From Paraglomus brasilianum (lineage: Eukaryota), in contig CAJVPI010000273.1 in the NCBI GenBank assembly GCA_910592345.1, positions 1 through 37,484 of the forward strand: a DNA stretch of 37,484 bases, written 5' to 3'. The position numbers were made by a program, and so were the translations under genes. Shown in pieces: positions 12,004 to 24,998 of the stretch; the stretch's first letter is position 1, and every line of letters begins with the position of its first letter. Under the pieces are notes generated by a model. The model ran no database searches, had not been told where the DNA came from, and saw nothing but the letters and a program-made list of their open reading frames with translations.

Positions 12004-14139
12004 ATGCCACCACTATCGACGATTCACACAACACGGAACTCACAACGACATATTTTTAATACAAAAGAACACCGAACTACTAAAGGACAAAGCGGCTTCC
12101 GCCTAAGATGTAAACGTGCAATACGTCTCGCCTCTCGCAGAATGTATGATGATGCACTTACTGAAATCAATGCTGCTATTAATAAACGCCCCAGTAAAGC
12201 CATTGGCTATCTCATACGTGCGGCTATTCATCAAGCCCTCAATCTACCACTAAAGTCGCTTACTGATCTTGAAATAGTCTTATCTTCTCAACCAGATAAT
12301 CCTACAGCATATCGCTTGCGTTCGATAGTCTTTTGTGCTATGGGATTATATGACTATGCTAATCAAGATCGAAAGCGACTTATACTCACACAGAACAATC
12401 AATCGGACTTTTCGAACATTATAACTCCGCTCTATCGCAGAGTTAAATTCTCAAAAATAACCGTTCTAGAAAACGTGTTGTCGAATTCAGTAGCAAATCG
12501 TTTTGTAATGAGTGATTTTCAAACCAATTTGGAAATACATGCTGCTAGTTCACGTTTAATCTATCAATGTGCGAGAGCATCGTTTAATCTTGGGTCATTT
12601 CACGAATCATTGCAATATCTTGATAAAGCATTAGTTGACAGACCATGGAGTACCAATTTGCTCGAACTATCTGCTCGAATATACTACAAACTAGATAGAG
12701 ATCATGACGCACTTGCTCAAATCAACAAACTACTTTGCAGGCGACCAAACAGGATAGCTGCTCTGCAACTAAGAAGCGATACTTACTATGCACTCCATCG
12801 ACACAGGGAATCGCTTGTTGACTTAAATCGAATTCTCGAAATGGAACCTGATAACATTGAAGCTCTTTGTGACAGAGGAAACGTATACAGAAAAAGAGAC
12901 AGATATGATGATGCTCTGGCCGATTACAACAGAGCTTTAAAATTAGAACCAAAATACTTTATCGCCTTGCAGAAGAGAGGACAGGTATACGAAGCATTAC
13001 ACAGATACAATGAAGCCTTGATTGATTTTACAGAGGCACTCGCCCTACAACCAAAGAATACGTGGATACTATATCGACGCAGCGAGATTTACTGTCGCCA
13101 AGGATATCAAAGCAAAGCACTCTACGATCTGAACAAAGTTTTGAATCTCGAACCAGATGACTTTTGGGCGATTCGTGATCGAGGAGAAGTCTATTGTAAA
13201 CTACATCGATACGACGACGCCCTGGCAGATCTTAACAAGGCACTCAGTATTCGCTCAGAGAGTTCATCTGCATTACGTATACGTGGAGATGTATATCGGA
13301 TGATGAATAGGTACGACGAAGCTTTAGTGGATTTAAACAAGTCATTAGAGCTTAATGGCGATAATGCTACTGCATTCAAAAGCCGTGGTGAGTTATACCG
13401 CACTCTTGGACAGTATGAAGCTGCATTGGCCGACTTTAATCAGGCATTGAAGTTGCAGCCAAAGAGTTACTCTGCTTTCAAGTTACGAGGACAGTTGTAT
13501 TTCCTGCAGAAACGATACGATGAGGCGTTGACAGATCTTGAGAGAGCATTCACATTGAATAAGAACAGTGTATCGACACTCTGTATCAGGGCCAAAGTCT
13601 ATTTAGCTATGGAACGACCTAAATTAGCACTTCATTATCTCGATATGGCAATGGATATTAGAGCACGTGATCCAGAAGCATTACGTACAAGGGCGGAGGT
13701 TTATCTGATGCTTGATCGTTTCGACGAGGCGTTGGATGATTTGAATAAATTATTGTGGGTTGATCAAGACAATACTGACGCACTTTGTAAGAGAGCAACT
13801 ATATTCAAAATCAAAGGTCGTACTGACCAAGCACTCGATGATCTCAACCGGCTACTACCAATTGATTCGTGTTATATTCCCGGTCTACTTGCGCGTGGTG
13901 AAGTTAATCTGATATTAGGACGATACGAAGAGGCACTTCGCGATTTGAATAATGCTATTGTCTTTGACCCTGATGATGCCTATACTTATGGTATTCGGGG
14001 ACAAGTTCATCAAATGTTGAGGCAGGATGCAAAAGCAATGGCCGACTACGAGAAGAGTTTCAGGCTTGATTCAGAAGTCGAGTTTCCGATTATCAACAAT
14101 GAAGAAATATATCACACATTGAAAATTATTGCACGGTAG
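12004..14139 (+). CDS. Intronless tetratricopeptide-repeat (TPR) protein, 711 aa
   Basis: Tandem 34-aa repeats such as ALCDRGNVYRKRDRYDDALADYNRALKLEPKYF and AFKSRGELYRTLGQYEAALADFNQALKLQPKSY. Confidence 0.93.
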   Translation: MPPLSTIHTTRNSQRHIFNTKEHRTTKGQSGFRLRCKRAIRLASRRMYDDALTEINAAINKRPSKAIGYLIRAAIHQALNLPLKSLTDLEIVLSSQPDNPTAYRLRSIVFCAMGLYDYANQDRKRLILTQNNQSDFSNIITPLYRRVKFSKITVLENVLSNSVANRFVMSDFQTNLEIHAASSRLIYQCARASFNLGSFHESLQYLDKALVDRPWSTNLLELSARIYYKLDRDHDALAQINKLLCRRPNRIAALQLRSDTYYALHRHRESLVDLNRILEMEPDNIEALCDRGNVYRKRDRYDDALADYNRALKLEPKYFIALQKRGQVYEALHRYNEALIDFTEALALQPKNTWILYRRSEIYCRQGYQSKALYDLNKVLNLEPDDFWAIRDRGEVYCKLHRYDDALADLNKALSIRSESSSALRIRGDVYRMMNRYDEALVDLNKSLELNGDNATAFKSRGELYRTLGQYEAALADFNQALKLQPKSYSAFKLRGQLYFLQKRYDEALTDLERAFTLNKNSVSTLCIRAKVYLAMERPKLALHYLDMAMDIRARDPEALRTRAEVYLMLDRFDEALDDLNKLLWVDQDNTDALCKRATIFKIKGRTDQALDDLNRLLPIDSCYIPGLLARGEVNLILGRYEEALRDLNNAIVFDPDDAYTYGIRGQVHQMLRQDAKAMADYEKSFRLDSEVEFPIINNEEIYHTLKIIAR

Positions 14140-14462
14140 TCGAGTTTGTCAATTGGACTATGCATTTTATTCGAGTCTGTTATATAGTCGAAGGAGTTTT
14201 ATTATTATTGGGGAATGAATTTTACTGAACGGATATTGAAATATTCATGTCGAGGTTATGGATTTTGGTAAATATGAACGAGACTTTTGTAAATTATAAA
14301 CAAGGAACAATTTTGTTTGAACTTGTTAGTCTGACATAAAGCATGATTCTCAAGAATTATATGCCATGACTACTAGTTTTCAAACACGACTCTAAGTAAA
14401 TAAACACGACTTTAGAGTTAAGTGGTAGTTTATTAATATAGCCAATTCTAAAGAGGGATTGA

Positions 14463-16904
14463 CTACAATGATAATTGTCTGAATTTTTCGTATCGGATAA
14501 TGTCTTTCTGGGATATTGAGGGTCGAACTAGTGCAAGCGCTCGTAAGAGATCACTTTGCGAAATGGTCGTTTGCTTTGTAGAAATATCGAGCTTTGTTAG
14601 ACTTGTATATCTGCCATTTGTTTCAACAGTACATCTGTTATATCCTCGAAACTAATATACTTACTTCAGCACTTGCTCCCTCTTTACACCTCTTTAATGC
14701 TAGTAAACCTGCCCTTTGAGTAAGAGCTTTCAAATCTGCGCCTGTGTAGTTTTCTGTCTTTCGAGCAATATCATCAAAGTCTATTTCATTAGAGAATCGT
14801 GTCCTCACGCTTAATAGCTGTAATATATGCAACCGTTCTTCATATAGCGGCGGTCGAACGTACACTATTCGGTCAAGCCGTCCTATATTCAATAACGTAA
14901 TAGATACATTATTACGTGCGTAGCGAATAGAACTTTGTTATGACATTCACAATCGTACAGTAGTTACCCGGTCGTAATATGGTTCTGTCAATCATTTCTG
15001 GATTGTTGGTTGCAGCAAGGATTATGACGGGAAGTTGTCTGGCGTTTAAAGCATCCAGCTCGAGAAATAATTGAGATATCATCTATGGGCAGGTATAAAG
15101 AATGTAAGTTTAATCGCATCGTTCGTGATCTTTTAAATTGGACATACTTACCTTTTTACCTAGCGTACCGCTCTCATCACGCAAACCAAATACAGTTTCC
15201 AACTCATCTAAAAAAATCACACATGGGCTCGATCGAGCAGCTACTCTGAACGCATTAGCTATAGCTTTTTCTGACTCACCAACCTTGACAATTATTCATA
15301 GTAGAACACTACGAGTAAGCCGTCTTATCATTCCATTATGGGGTCACTAAAGAATATGTTACCTCGCCTTTGATTAAATCAGGTATCGACACTGGTAAAA
15401 AGTTGGCAAATGTCTCGGTTGCAACTGCTTTTGCTAAAAGAGTTTTGCCGGTTCCCGGAGGCCCAAATCTAAAAGTCAGATTTAGCAGTGTAGAGGGTAG
15501 GAGAAGTGACCGGAATGAGGTAAGGTGATGCTTAGGTTTTATTTCTGGAAATTATATACATACAATAAGACACCTTTTGATGGCTGAATCCCCAATCGTC
15601 GAAAAGCATCTGCATGTTTATACGTCCACACAACAGACTCGTCTAGAATTTGCTAGGAATTATTTGAATTAGATATGGATTTATTAAATGGTTGACGTTT
15701 CAGCTCTCAATCGCTACCTTTACATCATCTAGACCACCAATATCGCTCCATCGAACCGGGTCGATTTTCTTTACATCATTCTTTTCACGTAATGCGCTAA
15801 TCTTAATATCTTTCATACTTTCAGCAAAGTCTTCGTAAGTGATAGGATATGCGTTTGGTCTCCCTCATAACAACATATAAAGTTGTTAGAAAAAGAATCG
15901 GCAGTATTTGGTATGGTTGACTATACAATAGCGTACCTGTTTCATGGATGCTTTTAATATTAGCGCGCTCAATTGCTATACGACAAAGTGCTGCCAAGTC
16001 TGCAGCAATGTAGCCATGGCATTTGTCTGAGATGTCGTCCAAGTTGATATTGGGAACCGTCACAAGGCCATTAGTCAATATTTTCAATATTTCGCGTCTC
16101 TGTATAGGTGTTGGCAAGTCGAGATGAATCTCGTCCTAGTTGATGCGACGGTTAGATTAACATTATAAAAATATAACCCATCGTGAATAGCACTCACTGT
16201 ACCTGGAACATTGTTCTGACAAGCGAGTTGAGTTTAGAGATATCTGTCGAAGTCCCGATCTATTCAAATGTAATGTAATTGAATAAACTCTGACTAAAAA
16301 AGGTATTAAAAAATGCGAAAGATTTCACCAAGCGGATAATCTCTATTATTTTGATAAATTACAGCTATACTTACTAGTAGAATTTTGACATCTTTGTTTA
16401 TGATGGATGTGTAATCAATACAGGCTTGATACGCAAAAAGCATCGTCTCATCAGCAGGAAAGAAAAGCTCTATATCCTCAAAGATGACTGTCTTAAGAGA
16501 GCAAAATAAGCAATACAAGTTAATCTGATCAGCCAAGCATTGCAGATTACTTACGTATACACGGTTCTTCTTTCACAGCTTTGGTCAAATAAGTCCGTAT
16601 ACCTCTATCGGGATATGCAGGGAATTCAGCCGCTAGATCTCCGACCGTAATGGAGAAAATCTGTTCAGATTTAGTCGATGTGTAGAACGGACAAATATTC
16701 GGCTATAGGGCCAATCACCACCTTAACTTTGAATAGTTTTGCAAGATGTGTTATTATATAAGTTTTTCCGATGCCAGTAGGTCCATTGACAAGAATTGAT
16801 TTCGGAATTTCAATATTATGAATCAAGCATTCGTCCCTTCTATTGAATGCCAGATCGAACAATTGATAGAGTCTTGCATCGATTGCTTTAGTATTGACTA
16901 GCAT
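14463..16904 (-). CDS. CDC48/AFG2-family double AAA+ ATPase (multi-exon)
   Basis: D1 Walker A GPTGIGKT and [13 protein letters not shown]2 has [68 protein letters not shown] and [10 protein letters not shown]. Stop TAG at 14465-14463. Confidence 0.9.
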
Positions 16905-17138
16905 TATTAACAGGTGAAGCGAATATTAAATATAGGCGACTGCAAAAAGGGTGGATTATATAGCAGGATTAAATGTGGCAGGAGATCTAAATTTATGTTG
17001 CACAAAATCGAATGTGTCTTATTATTCACTCAAAACTCGATAAAATACAAAGGGGTAAAATTCACGTTTTTAGAACAAATGTAAATCATTTTATTTCATA
17101 ACAATATCTTGTCTGCTGTTACGAGCCTCGCGGTTGAT

Positions 17139-18393
17139 TTACCGCGGTCTTGCAGCTCGAGGCGGGTTTCGTCGTGGTCGCGGAGGCGCTGTATCGACCC
17201 TATACAGCAAACACATTAAATATCTAACTTGTAATACATGACATTTCACACACAAAAACTTACTGCCTTCATTTAGAGGTCCGTGGTCTTGCGGCTCGAG
17301 GTGGGTTGCGTCTCGGTTGAGGTGGCTGCGCCACAATTTCCCTTTAATGCAAATAATTAATATCTTACCAAACTTATGGTAGATGGCATCGCTGAATAAA
17401 ACTTACTGGCTCCTCGTATCGATCGCTTGCTGGATCGAGGAGTCTGGCGATTGTGGCGGAGGTGCTATTTAGGAAAAGAAAAAATTACTTTAGTCAGAAC
17501 GCCTTATGAATAAGTATATCGAGCATTTGATTTCATTTATTTTACCTGAATTTTCCCGCACCACAGCTCTTGGTCGTCTTGGTGGGTAATCGACCAAGGG
17601 TGGGAGGAAAGGGGACATCCCTATTTAAGAGGAAGGAGGTATTTAGTCAAGTAAAAAATACGAATAAATAATTTAATGTCTTTATTCCGTTTGTCTTACT
17701 TTGTTCGGGATTGTAAGATCCCTGAGGCACCGAAGCAGGTAGATTCCTGGGAAATATCCTATTCATGGAGTTAGTCGCCCTCAAAGCCCACGGTGGGATA
17801 GGTTGAGGGCGTCTTTGCAGCGTTACGGATACGTAATCCGCCGGGCGGTTCATTACCCTGTTGAACCCCCTGAGGCTAAGTTCTAGCCTTTGCTCTCTTT
17901 GATAGAAAGCAAGAGGAGCAATATGCTCCTCACGCTGCGTGATCCACTGAATAGTTACCTGCCTTCGGTTCTCCCTTTCCTCCTGACGCATTCGTTGGCT
18001 ATACAAGTGCCAACGCGAAAACCTTCTTGTTTCGTCCCACCTTGGCAGGTCTCGCCACCGCTGATAGTCTTCGAGACGCCTCGAATACGCCTCGCGTCTT
18101 GCGTTAAAGTGACGGCTCGTCTGCCAGTCACAGTAGGCTGAATGAAGACCTATAATAGAAGAAATAATAAAAATAATAAAAATAAAAGGTTGGTAATATC
18201 CCTGACCCGCAGGAATAATACCGGTTAGCCAAGCAAATATGACAATACTACTCGATGCGACCAGCGCATCAAAATGTCGTTCCCGGATAGAAACGACAGT
18301 GTTTCGAACTTGTTCTCCGTCCCTCGCCAGCTGTGCTGCCACAGCAAAACTTGGAACGGAGAAGAAATTTTGGGCATTAGTATCATAGGCCAT
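17139..18393 (-). CDS. Orphan protein with two hydrophobic segments and an Arg/Pro-rich C-terminus. Spliced; ends at 17269 or 17139.
   Basis: Long first exon from ATG 18393, then four short exons joined in frame by canonical GTAA(G/A)...AG introns. No recognisable domain. Confidence 0.6.
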
Positions 18394-18515
18394 CGTAACA
18401 GTAAAGCCGCTTGTTATCTTTTGCAAAGGTAAAAAGCGTAAAGCGCGTCATCTTGTTTACAAGGGGTTTTTATTTTTTTTAGAGGTTTACGTGATATTCC
18501 GGATTTGAAATACGC

Positions 18516-18568
18516 GATCACTTTACTATTACGTCAACTACCGGATCACCTTACTATTACGTCACTAC
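18516..18568. repeat. Tandem ~27-bp duplication containing TTACGTCA (ATF/CREB-like) motifs
   Basis: gatcactttactattacgtcaactac / gatcaccttactattacgtcactac. Confidence 0.8.
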
Positions 18569-19073
18569 TGCGAATTGCACGCTTTCGGGACTTCTGGTTT
18601 TCTATTCGTTGTTCTATAAGTGAAAACTGTTACACATAATAATTATTTTATTATCAAAATTATTACACCGAAGTCAGACTACACTTTAAGAAAAACATGT
18701 GTCAATGTTAGTTTGACGCATTGAGCTTGTTTTCCTGACTTCAACAAACTTCAATATTTTGTATATTTTTCCGCATTGTCCTGTTGTAAAAAAAAGGCAC
18801 GTAGTATTTCCAAGCTAGCGATTGCTGTGCTAGCGCTAATAACAGGGACTTTCCTCACTATCATATATGTTGTCTACATCCGGAATTGCTTGATCGGTAT
18901 CCTTAAAGAGATATACAAGTTCGTGGTCATTGTCGGGAACTTTATAAATAATATTCTCTTCAGGAATGTCGAGCAACTATTCACGACAATTATTTATTGT
19001 ATTATTGTGGCGTTTATGTCATCTTTGCTTAATTTAGAAAATGTGATTAAAATTTTTACTATTTTAGCAAATA

Positions 19074-19238
19074 CAGTGGGCTCGCCCTAAGTGCAGCTAC
19101 TATATTTTCCCTCCCTAAATGCAGGCTCTGGTTTGGTCCTGAGATTATAAGACCATTAAGTATTCACTCTCTATAAATGCATAAATGCAGGCCGTGTCTG
19201 ATTTGCCCGTCAGTGTTGCACTTAGGGAGAGTCCACTG
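19074..19238. mobile_element. Tc1/mariner-pogo type MITE (165 bp) with TA target duplication
   Basis: TA|cagtgggctcgccctaagtgcagc ... gttgcacttagggagagtccactg|TA. The 24-bp TIRs differ at 3 positions. Confidence 0.85.
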
Positions 19239-19411
19239 TATCCAATACAGTTTTGTAAGCACGAGTACATTTACTAGTACTAATAAGTAAACCGATGTCA
19301 CTATTTATTGCATCTTTGTGGTGTTAATTGGTTGACTTTTTTAAAATGTCACGTGTGTGCACTTATGGATGTTATACAATTATATCTGGGACTTGCATGT
19401 GTAGAACATGG

Positions 19412-19438
19412 AGTGCACCTTATAGAGGTGTCACTGTA
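19412..19438. mobile_element. Solo right TIR of a related pogo-like element
   Basis: gtgcaccttatagaggtgtcactg|ta resembles the right TIR at 19215-19238. No matching left end was found. Confidence 0.45.
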
Positions 19439-21085
19439 TCTGCCGCCGGTTGGCGTACAATGATTAACGTTCCTCCAAACAATTGATGTCGTGTGTCATA
19501 AAGTTGCGGCCAGCAAATTGTTCGTAAGCGGATTTAATTAGTATGTGACAATATAAATTCAGTTTATATCTAAGTTATCTAATCACGGTCAGTTTGGCAT
19601 GTTTCAACGTTAAACAGATCAGTTGGTTCGGATTATTCTTATTACTAACATCTACAATGAGTCGTTAAATTGGAAAGCGGCTAATAAGCCGTAGGTTTTA
19701 GTATCGCATTATTGTTTCCTAGTTAATTTGTTGGGAAGTTTATTTGGGTATTAATATAAAAGTGATCTTCTTGAATATGAAGTGATCGTCTTGAATAATT
19801 ATGAATAGCTTCTTTCGGCAATCAATTTAACCACTTTTGGAAACGTTGCGGTTTCAACGTTAACATATGCTAATGATCATACATCGCAGTTTTCAAGTCT
19901 TTAATAGGATTAAATGTCCACATTAACATGGAAAGAATTGTGCGATATCAACTGATTGCATTCATTAATCGATAGGAATCCCATTGTTCTTGGTACAACT
20001 TTCTTGAATGTTGAATGGAACAATTTGTTAATGAGATTTATCACAAAAACTTTAGTCGTCCGGGCTTTCTTGTTAAAAGCGTTGCTAACAATAGTAATAG
20101 TAATAACGAGTGTCCTCCATTGTTACTAGATTTGAAAGTACATCAGTTTCTATAATGGGGAAGTGTGGGAGTCGTCTTCAAGCTGTTGATAATGTTCTCA
20201 CGATTAGAATAAGAGAAGTCTACGAGTTCAGAGAGGAAGTTCATGATATGCGTAAGACGCTCAGACGCTTGGCTTAAGTTCGTGTATGGGGTATACATAA
20301 TTCTATGTAATTACTGTCTCAATCACTGTTACTATGGTGTGGGTATTAGTATTAGTATTTAGATATCGTAAAAGCCACAGTGGGAACATAATTTTTCTAT
20401 GCATAATTGATTTCTATTTCTGGTAAAACACCAATACAATAGGGGATCCACAATTAACATCAAAAATTTTCCTCCCCTGTACATTCTCTTGTTCAACAGC
20501 ATGTATGCCCCGTCCCTCTTGTGGCGATGTTTATGATTATTATTGCCTATTATAGTGCAACGTTCCCCTGAAGCTGCTATGTATATTTTGTATTCAATTT
20601 GTGTTCCTAATAAGAAATGAAGGAGCTGTAAAATTTAATTGCCATTCGAACCATTCGAACCATTCATTACTTATACTTGCCATTGCGCTTTTCGAAAGCC
20701 AAAGAAACACTCTTCATCCATAAACATGAAATTACACCATTAAATTCAACCATTAAATCACCATTAAATTCAATCTCTATCTTCTAAATTCGATATTCAC
20801 GAGGGCAAGAACTTTGGGAAGAAAACAAACATATGATACATTATTATTATTACTATTTACATCATTTAGCTTGCTCGTTCACTTTGTTACGACTTACTAG
20901 TAATAGCAAGTGAATACATCCAACATTGTGTATCAAACGATCTGGATTAATTAATAGCACAGCCTTCGACATCGAACCTTCGCTCAGCCCCCTTCCCCCC
21001 CGACCACCCCCTTCGTCTCTTCTACATATTTCCCTCTTCTCCCTTCTCCTCTTTTACATCCTTTATTCTTGTCTTTTAACTCGGA

Positions 21086-23972
21086 ATGGGGTTCTTTAAC
21101 ACAACGTGTCCATATGTCGAAAAAGAAAAAGACCCAACGCCGTTTTTTGACCCAGGTAACATCAACTTTGATGCTCATCGGCTCGGCTGGGCATTCTCTG
21201 GCATTTGTACCTTAATTGCTTGTATAATTGCGTTCTATTTGATCTACAAACATATGCGTAATTATACTAAGGTAATGTGGTGGGAATAATAGAAAGGGCG
21301 CGAGTATTAGAGAGAAAGAAAAGGTTTGGGAAGGGCATTGTATGATGGGGAAGTGCAGGGGTGAGGTACTGCGAGTATATATAAGATATAACAACATTTC
21401 CACCCGATTCTCACATATGCTTTTTCCTTTGACTTTTTCACATTCGTAATGACAGCCCGACCATCAACGTTATATAATACGTATCTGTCTTATGTCACCG
21501 TTATATGCTCTAATCTCATGGCTAAGCTATCGCTTCTACACCGAAAGTACTTATTACATAACAATCCGCGATTGTTACGAAGCATTTGTACTGGCTTCAT
21601 TCTTCATCCTCTTACTTCAATATCTTGGTGACTCGCCGGAAGAACAGAGGCGACAATTAGTCAATACAAAAAAACAAAGCCTAATAATGCCACTTTGCTG
21701 CTTGCGATATAACCCAACGAAGCAGCATTGGTTATTTTGGACAAAATGGGGAATACTCCAATATGTCGTACTTAAGCCAATTATGACGGTCATTGCGGTC
21801 GCGTTGCAGTATCATGGAGTGTTGTGTGAGACGAGTTTTTCGCCCGCGTTTGGAAACTTTTGGCTACAAGTCGTGAACTTTATAAGCGTGTCGGTGGCAA
21901 TGTATTACTTGGTCACGTTTTATATTACTATTAGGGACCTGATCAAAGAGCAGAAACCATTTTTGAAGTTTTTGGCTGTTAAATTGGTAACGTATTCGAG
22001 TCTAGGCGAGAGAGCAGAGTCTGTGAAAAGCTTGTGGGCATATGCGCAGATTGCAGACATAAGTTGTCAGCGACAATTGTAAATCTAGTGTGTCTACATT
22101 GTGAGTATTTGTTATATTACGCACACGATCTAACTATAGTCTCGTCTATCTTGTCTACAGGTTATCTTCTTTTCTTTTTGGCAGTCGATCTTTTTAGATT
22201 TACTCGTTTTCTTTGGAATAATCAAAGAAACTCAATACTGGTAAATAGCCTACATTGTCCTAACTAATTCGTTGAGGTTACGAATGTCTATCATTCACAT
22301 GCGATACATGTGCGCACATTATCTCTTACTAAATTCCCTATATTGTATTACCAGGACGCCTCGAAATATCACCTTGGGCATAAATGCAATCCTAATATGC
22401 CTCGAAATGATATTATTTGCTCTACTTCACGTGTATGCTTTTTCATACCGGCCTTATCGTTCACCAAAGGCGACTTCTGTATGGTTTGCCTTTTGGGATA
22501 GTCTGAACCCGATTGATTTCATCAGAGAGGTGGGGGGATTGTGCAAGTATGCATGGAATTTGATGCGAGGTTTATCAACAGGAAAGGGTAATAGATTGAT
22601 GGATTTGGAATTTGCGCTTGGGAAGAAGAGAGTCATTGTGAATGAAGCAGGGCAGGATGGACACGATAAGGACTATAGAAAGGATGATGATAATGAAGGG
22701 GGACAAGGTGGCAGTATGATGCAAGGCGGTATAATGCAAAGCGGGTTTCAAGGTGAAATATCGTACGAAATGTCCGACAGGTCGCCGGGTGAAAGGCCAG
22801 GTGGGACTATCGAAGTTTCTCAGTTTGTCCCTCCGCAAGCTTCACAAGCTCGAACGACGTCTTCAGCAAACTTGATCTCCAGCAGACCAGACTCTACTTC
22901 CTCCGAGTCGACTCATAGTGCATCTTTCTGGCCCCTCACAAAAGCATTTTCAAAGCGTTCCAGTCAGGACACACCAAATTATCCTATAGATTCTTCTCTG
23001 GAAATGGGAGAGACAAATGCTTTTCGGATAACCGCTCGCCGTGATGAGTCAGAGGAAAGTAATGAATTGTTGGATTTAACTGAGAGCGATGCATTCAAGA
23101 CGGCTGTTGCTAAATTATCGCAGTTGGAGAAAGTCGAGAGCGATGCCGACAAGGAACAGAAAGGGGCGACAAGGGATATAGATGGGAGGCATTTGAATAC
23201 GGATCAGGGTTTAAACAGAATGGGAGATAATGGAAGCGTTGACGCAAACAATGCGATAGTTGGTAATCCCTTCAACTCAGCGACATTACCAACTAGCGTT
23301 ACTGCCTCTTCTTTCTCGTCGTCAGCATCTTCATCTCCTTTGTCTCAATATAATAATCCCATTTCATCACAACGATTCGGAAATCTCACGTCCGTTAGAG
23401 AAGAAAGCCAAGACGTAAATATCAATAGTAGGATTGGGAATGGATATGGGAATGGATATGGTTATGGATATACGGGTGAACAGGGTAGCACTTATGTCAA
23501 TGGATACAACGGTTCACTTGTTAACAGCTATGATTATCATGTGGATCCATCCATTGGAGTTAACCCTGTGGGGCTATCAGTTCCATCTCGTCCACCACTA
23601 CAATCACAGCAAGTCCAATACTCTTCTTCTTCTTCTTCTTCTCAAGCCCTATCCGCCGCTTTACCTACAAGTCGGTTATCGCCAGTATCCGAAAAATCTG
23701 CGAGTTACAATCTACCTCAAAACGTGACGAACATTAGATCAAACGACTCTTTTCACACTGGCATGTCGCGGGATTACACAATCAACAGTTCGTCTTTTGG
23801 CAACTCTCGCGCGCCATCTAGCGATACGGATGGTTCTGAATATTTCCACTCTGCAGTATCTACCCAATCCCCAAATATTTCGATAAAGTCACAAAACAAG
23901 GATACCTTTGGTACTCACAATAAAAACATTGGGGGGAAAGATATACGAGTAGAGTACATCACTTATGGATGA
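21086..23972 (+). CDS. TMEM184 / organic solute transporter OST-alpha family membrane protein with a long disordered C-tail (multi-exon)
   Basis: HQRYIIRICLMSPLYALISWLS, IRDCYEAFVLASFF, KWGILQYVVLKP, KPFLKFLAVKL|VIFFSFWQS and LICLEMILFALLHVYAFSYRPY. Confidence 0.92.
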
Positions 23973-24674
23973 AAGAAGAGCTTGTGCATTTGACATATTC
24001 TAGATTTTGCATCCAATGTTGTTTCTCTTATTTTTTTCGTTTATTTTCTGTAAATTACTGTATTATTATTAAAACGATATACTGCTGCGAATTTATTTAT
24101 TAATAAAATCATGGCATGGGATTGGGTTAATATGAAATAAGTAGACTATAAAATTGTGGAAATTTATTTACTTGAACTTAATAATGAAAGCATTTTTCGA
24201 CTTGCAATGTTATCGTAGGTATATTGCATTCTTGCAGAGCAAGGTGCCTAAACAAGATAATTTTAATTTAGGTTAGGTAGCGTAGATATTCAATAAAGAC
24301 ATGTGATATCATGCGAATAGGACTGATTGACTTGGCAATCTTGCCATATTAATAATGATGGCTCTTTTAAATGCGTACGCCAACAGTTATTATTATACGA
24401 GACACTTTAACTCCATCATTCCTAGACAATTTCGTGGCCACGGTTTAACTGTCCTCACAAATGTATGGCTTAAGGTTAAGCTTATATAATTTATTTTCTA
24501 GACGCTATGCATAACGTCTCTAGCTTTTTAATTTTTAATTTTTCAATATTACTTAATTATAGTCGAAAGGAACCAGTAAATGTAAATTAGGATTATTATT
24601 GCCATCCTAAGTGGATTGACGCACTTTGATGTGGAGATTAAAATATTGGCTTAACCCACAGTGCAAGATGTCTA

Positions 24675-24998
24675 CAGTCAACTGTCGATAATTCGATCCG
24701 GGGTCATCGTTCGAATTATCGTGATGGTCGAATTATCAATTTTCGGTTACGCAGAATTTTATTTTATTTTATTTGATATAATAATAAATTCAATACATCG
24801 TAACTTTAACAACAACAATCATAGGTACGAACAGTTGCTTTCCTACTTGTCAACTACTTGCTTTCATAAGGTTTGGAACGCTTGCAAACAGACATGTTTT
24901 TACGAACAATCGAATTATATTAAGTTCGAATTAAAGTGAGAAAATTAACAATAGTGATAGTAATGGCATTCGAATTAACGTAAAGAGGCAGTTGACTG
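24675..24998. mobile_element. Pogo/Tigger-like MITE (324 bp) with TA target duplication
   Basis: TA|cagtcaactg ... cagttgactg|TA, with repeated internal tcgaatta motifs near both ends. Confidence 0.8.

Noticed and set aside
12722..13403. Antisense and alternative-frame ORFs overlapping real genes (also in SUV3, TMEM184, DLH, SDH and twinfilin)
   Set aside because: Shadow ORFs of well-supported coding exons.
18776..19090. 104-aa hydrophobic ORF
   Set aside because: Non-ATG start, ends inside a MITE, and hydrophobicity is explained by T-richness. It may be a relic but I cannot support that.
19440..20300. Coding-like decayed sequence on the minus strand
   Set aside because: Stops occur in the frames I read and no motif was recognisable.
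20641..20774. Short tandem repeats (ccattcgaa and caccattaaattca units)
   Set aside because: Simple slippage repeats without unique spacers, so not CRISPR-like.
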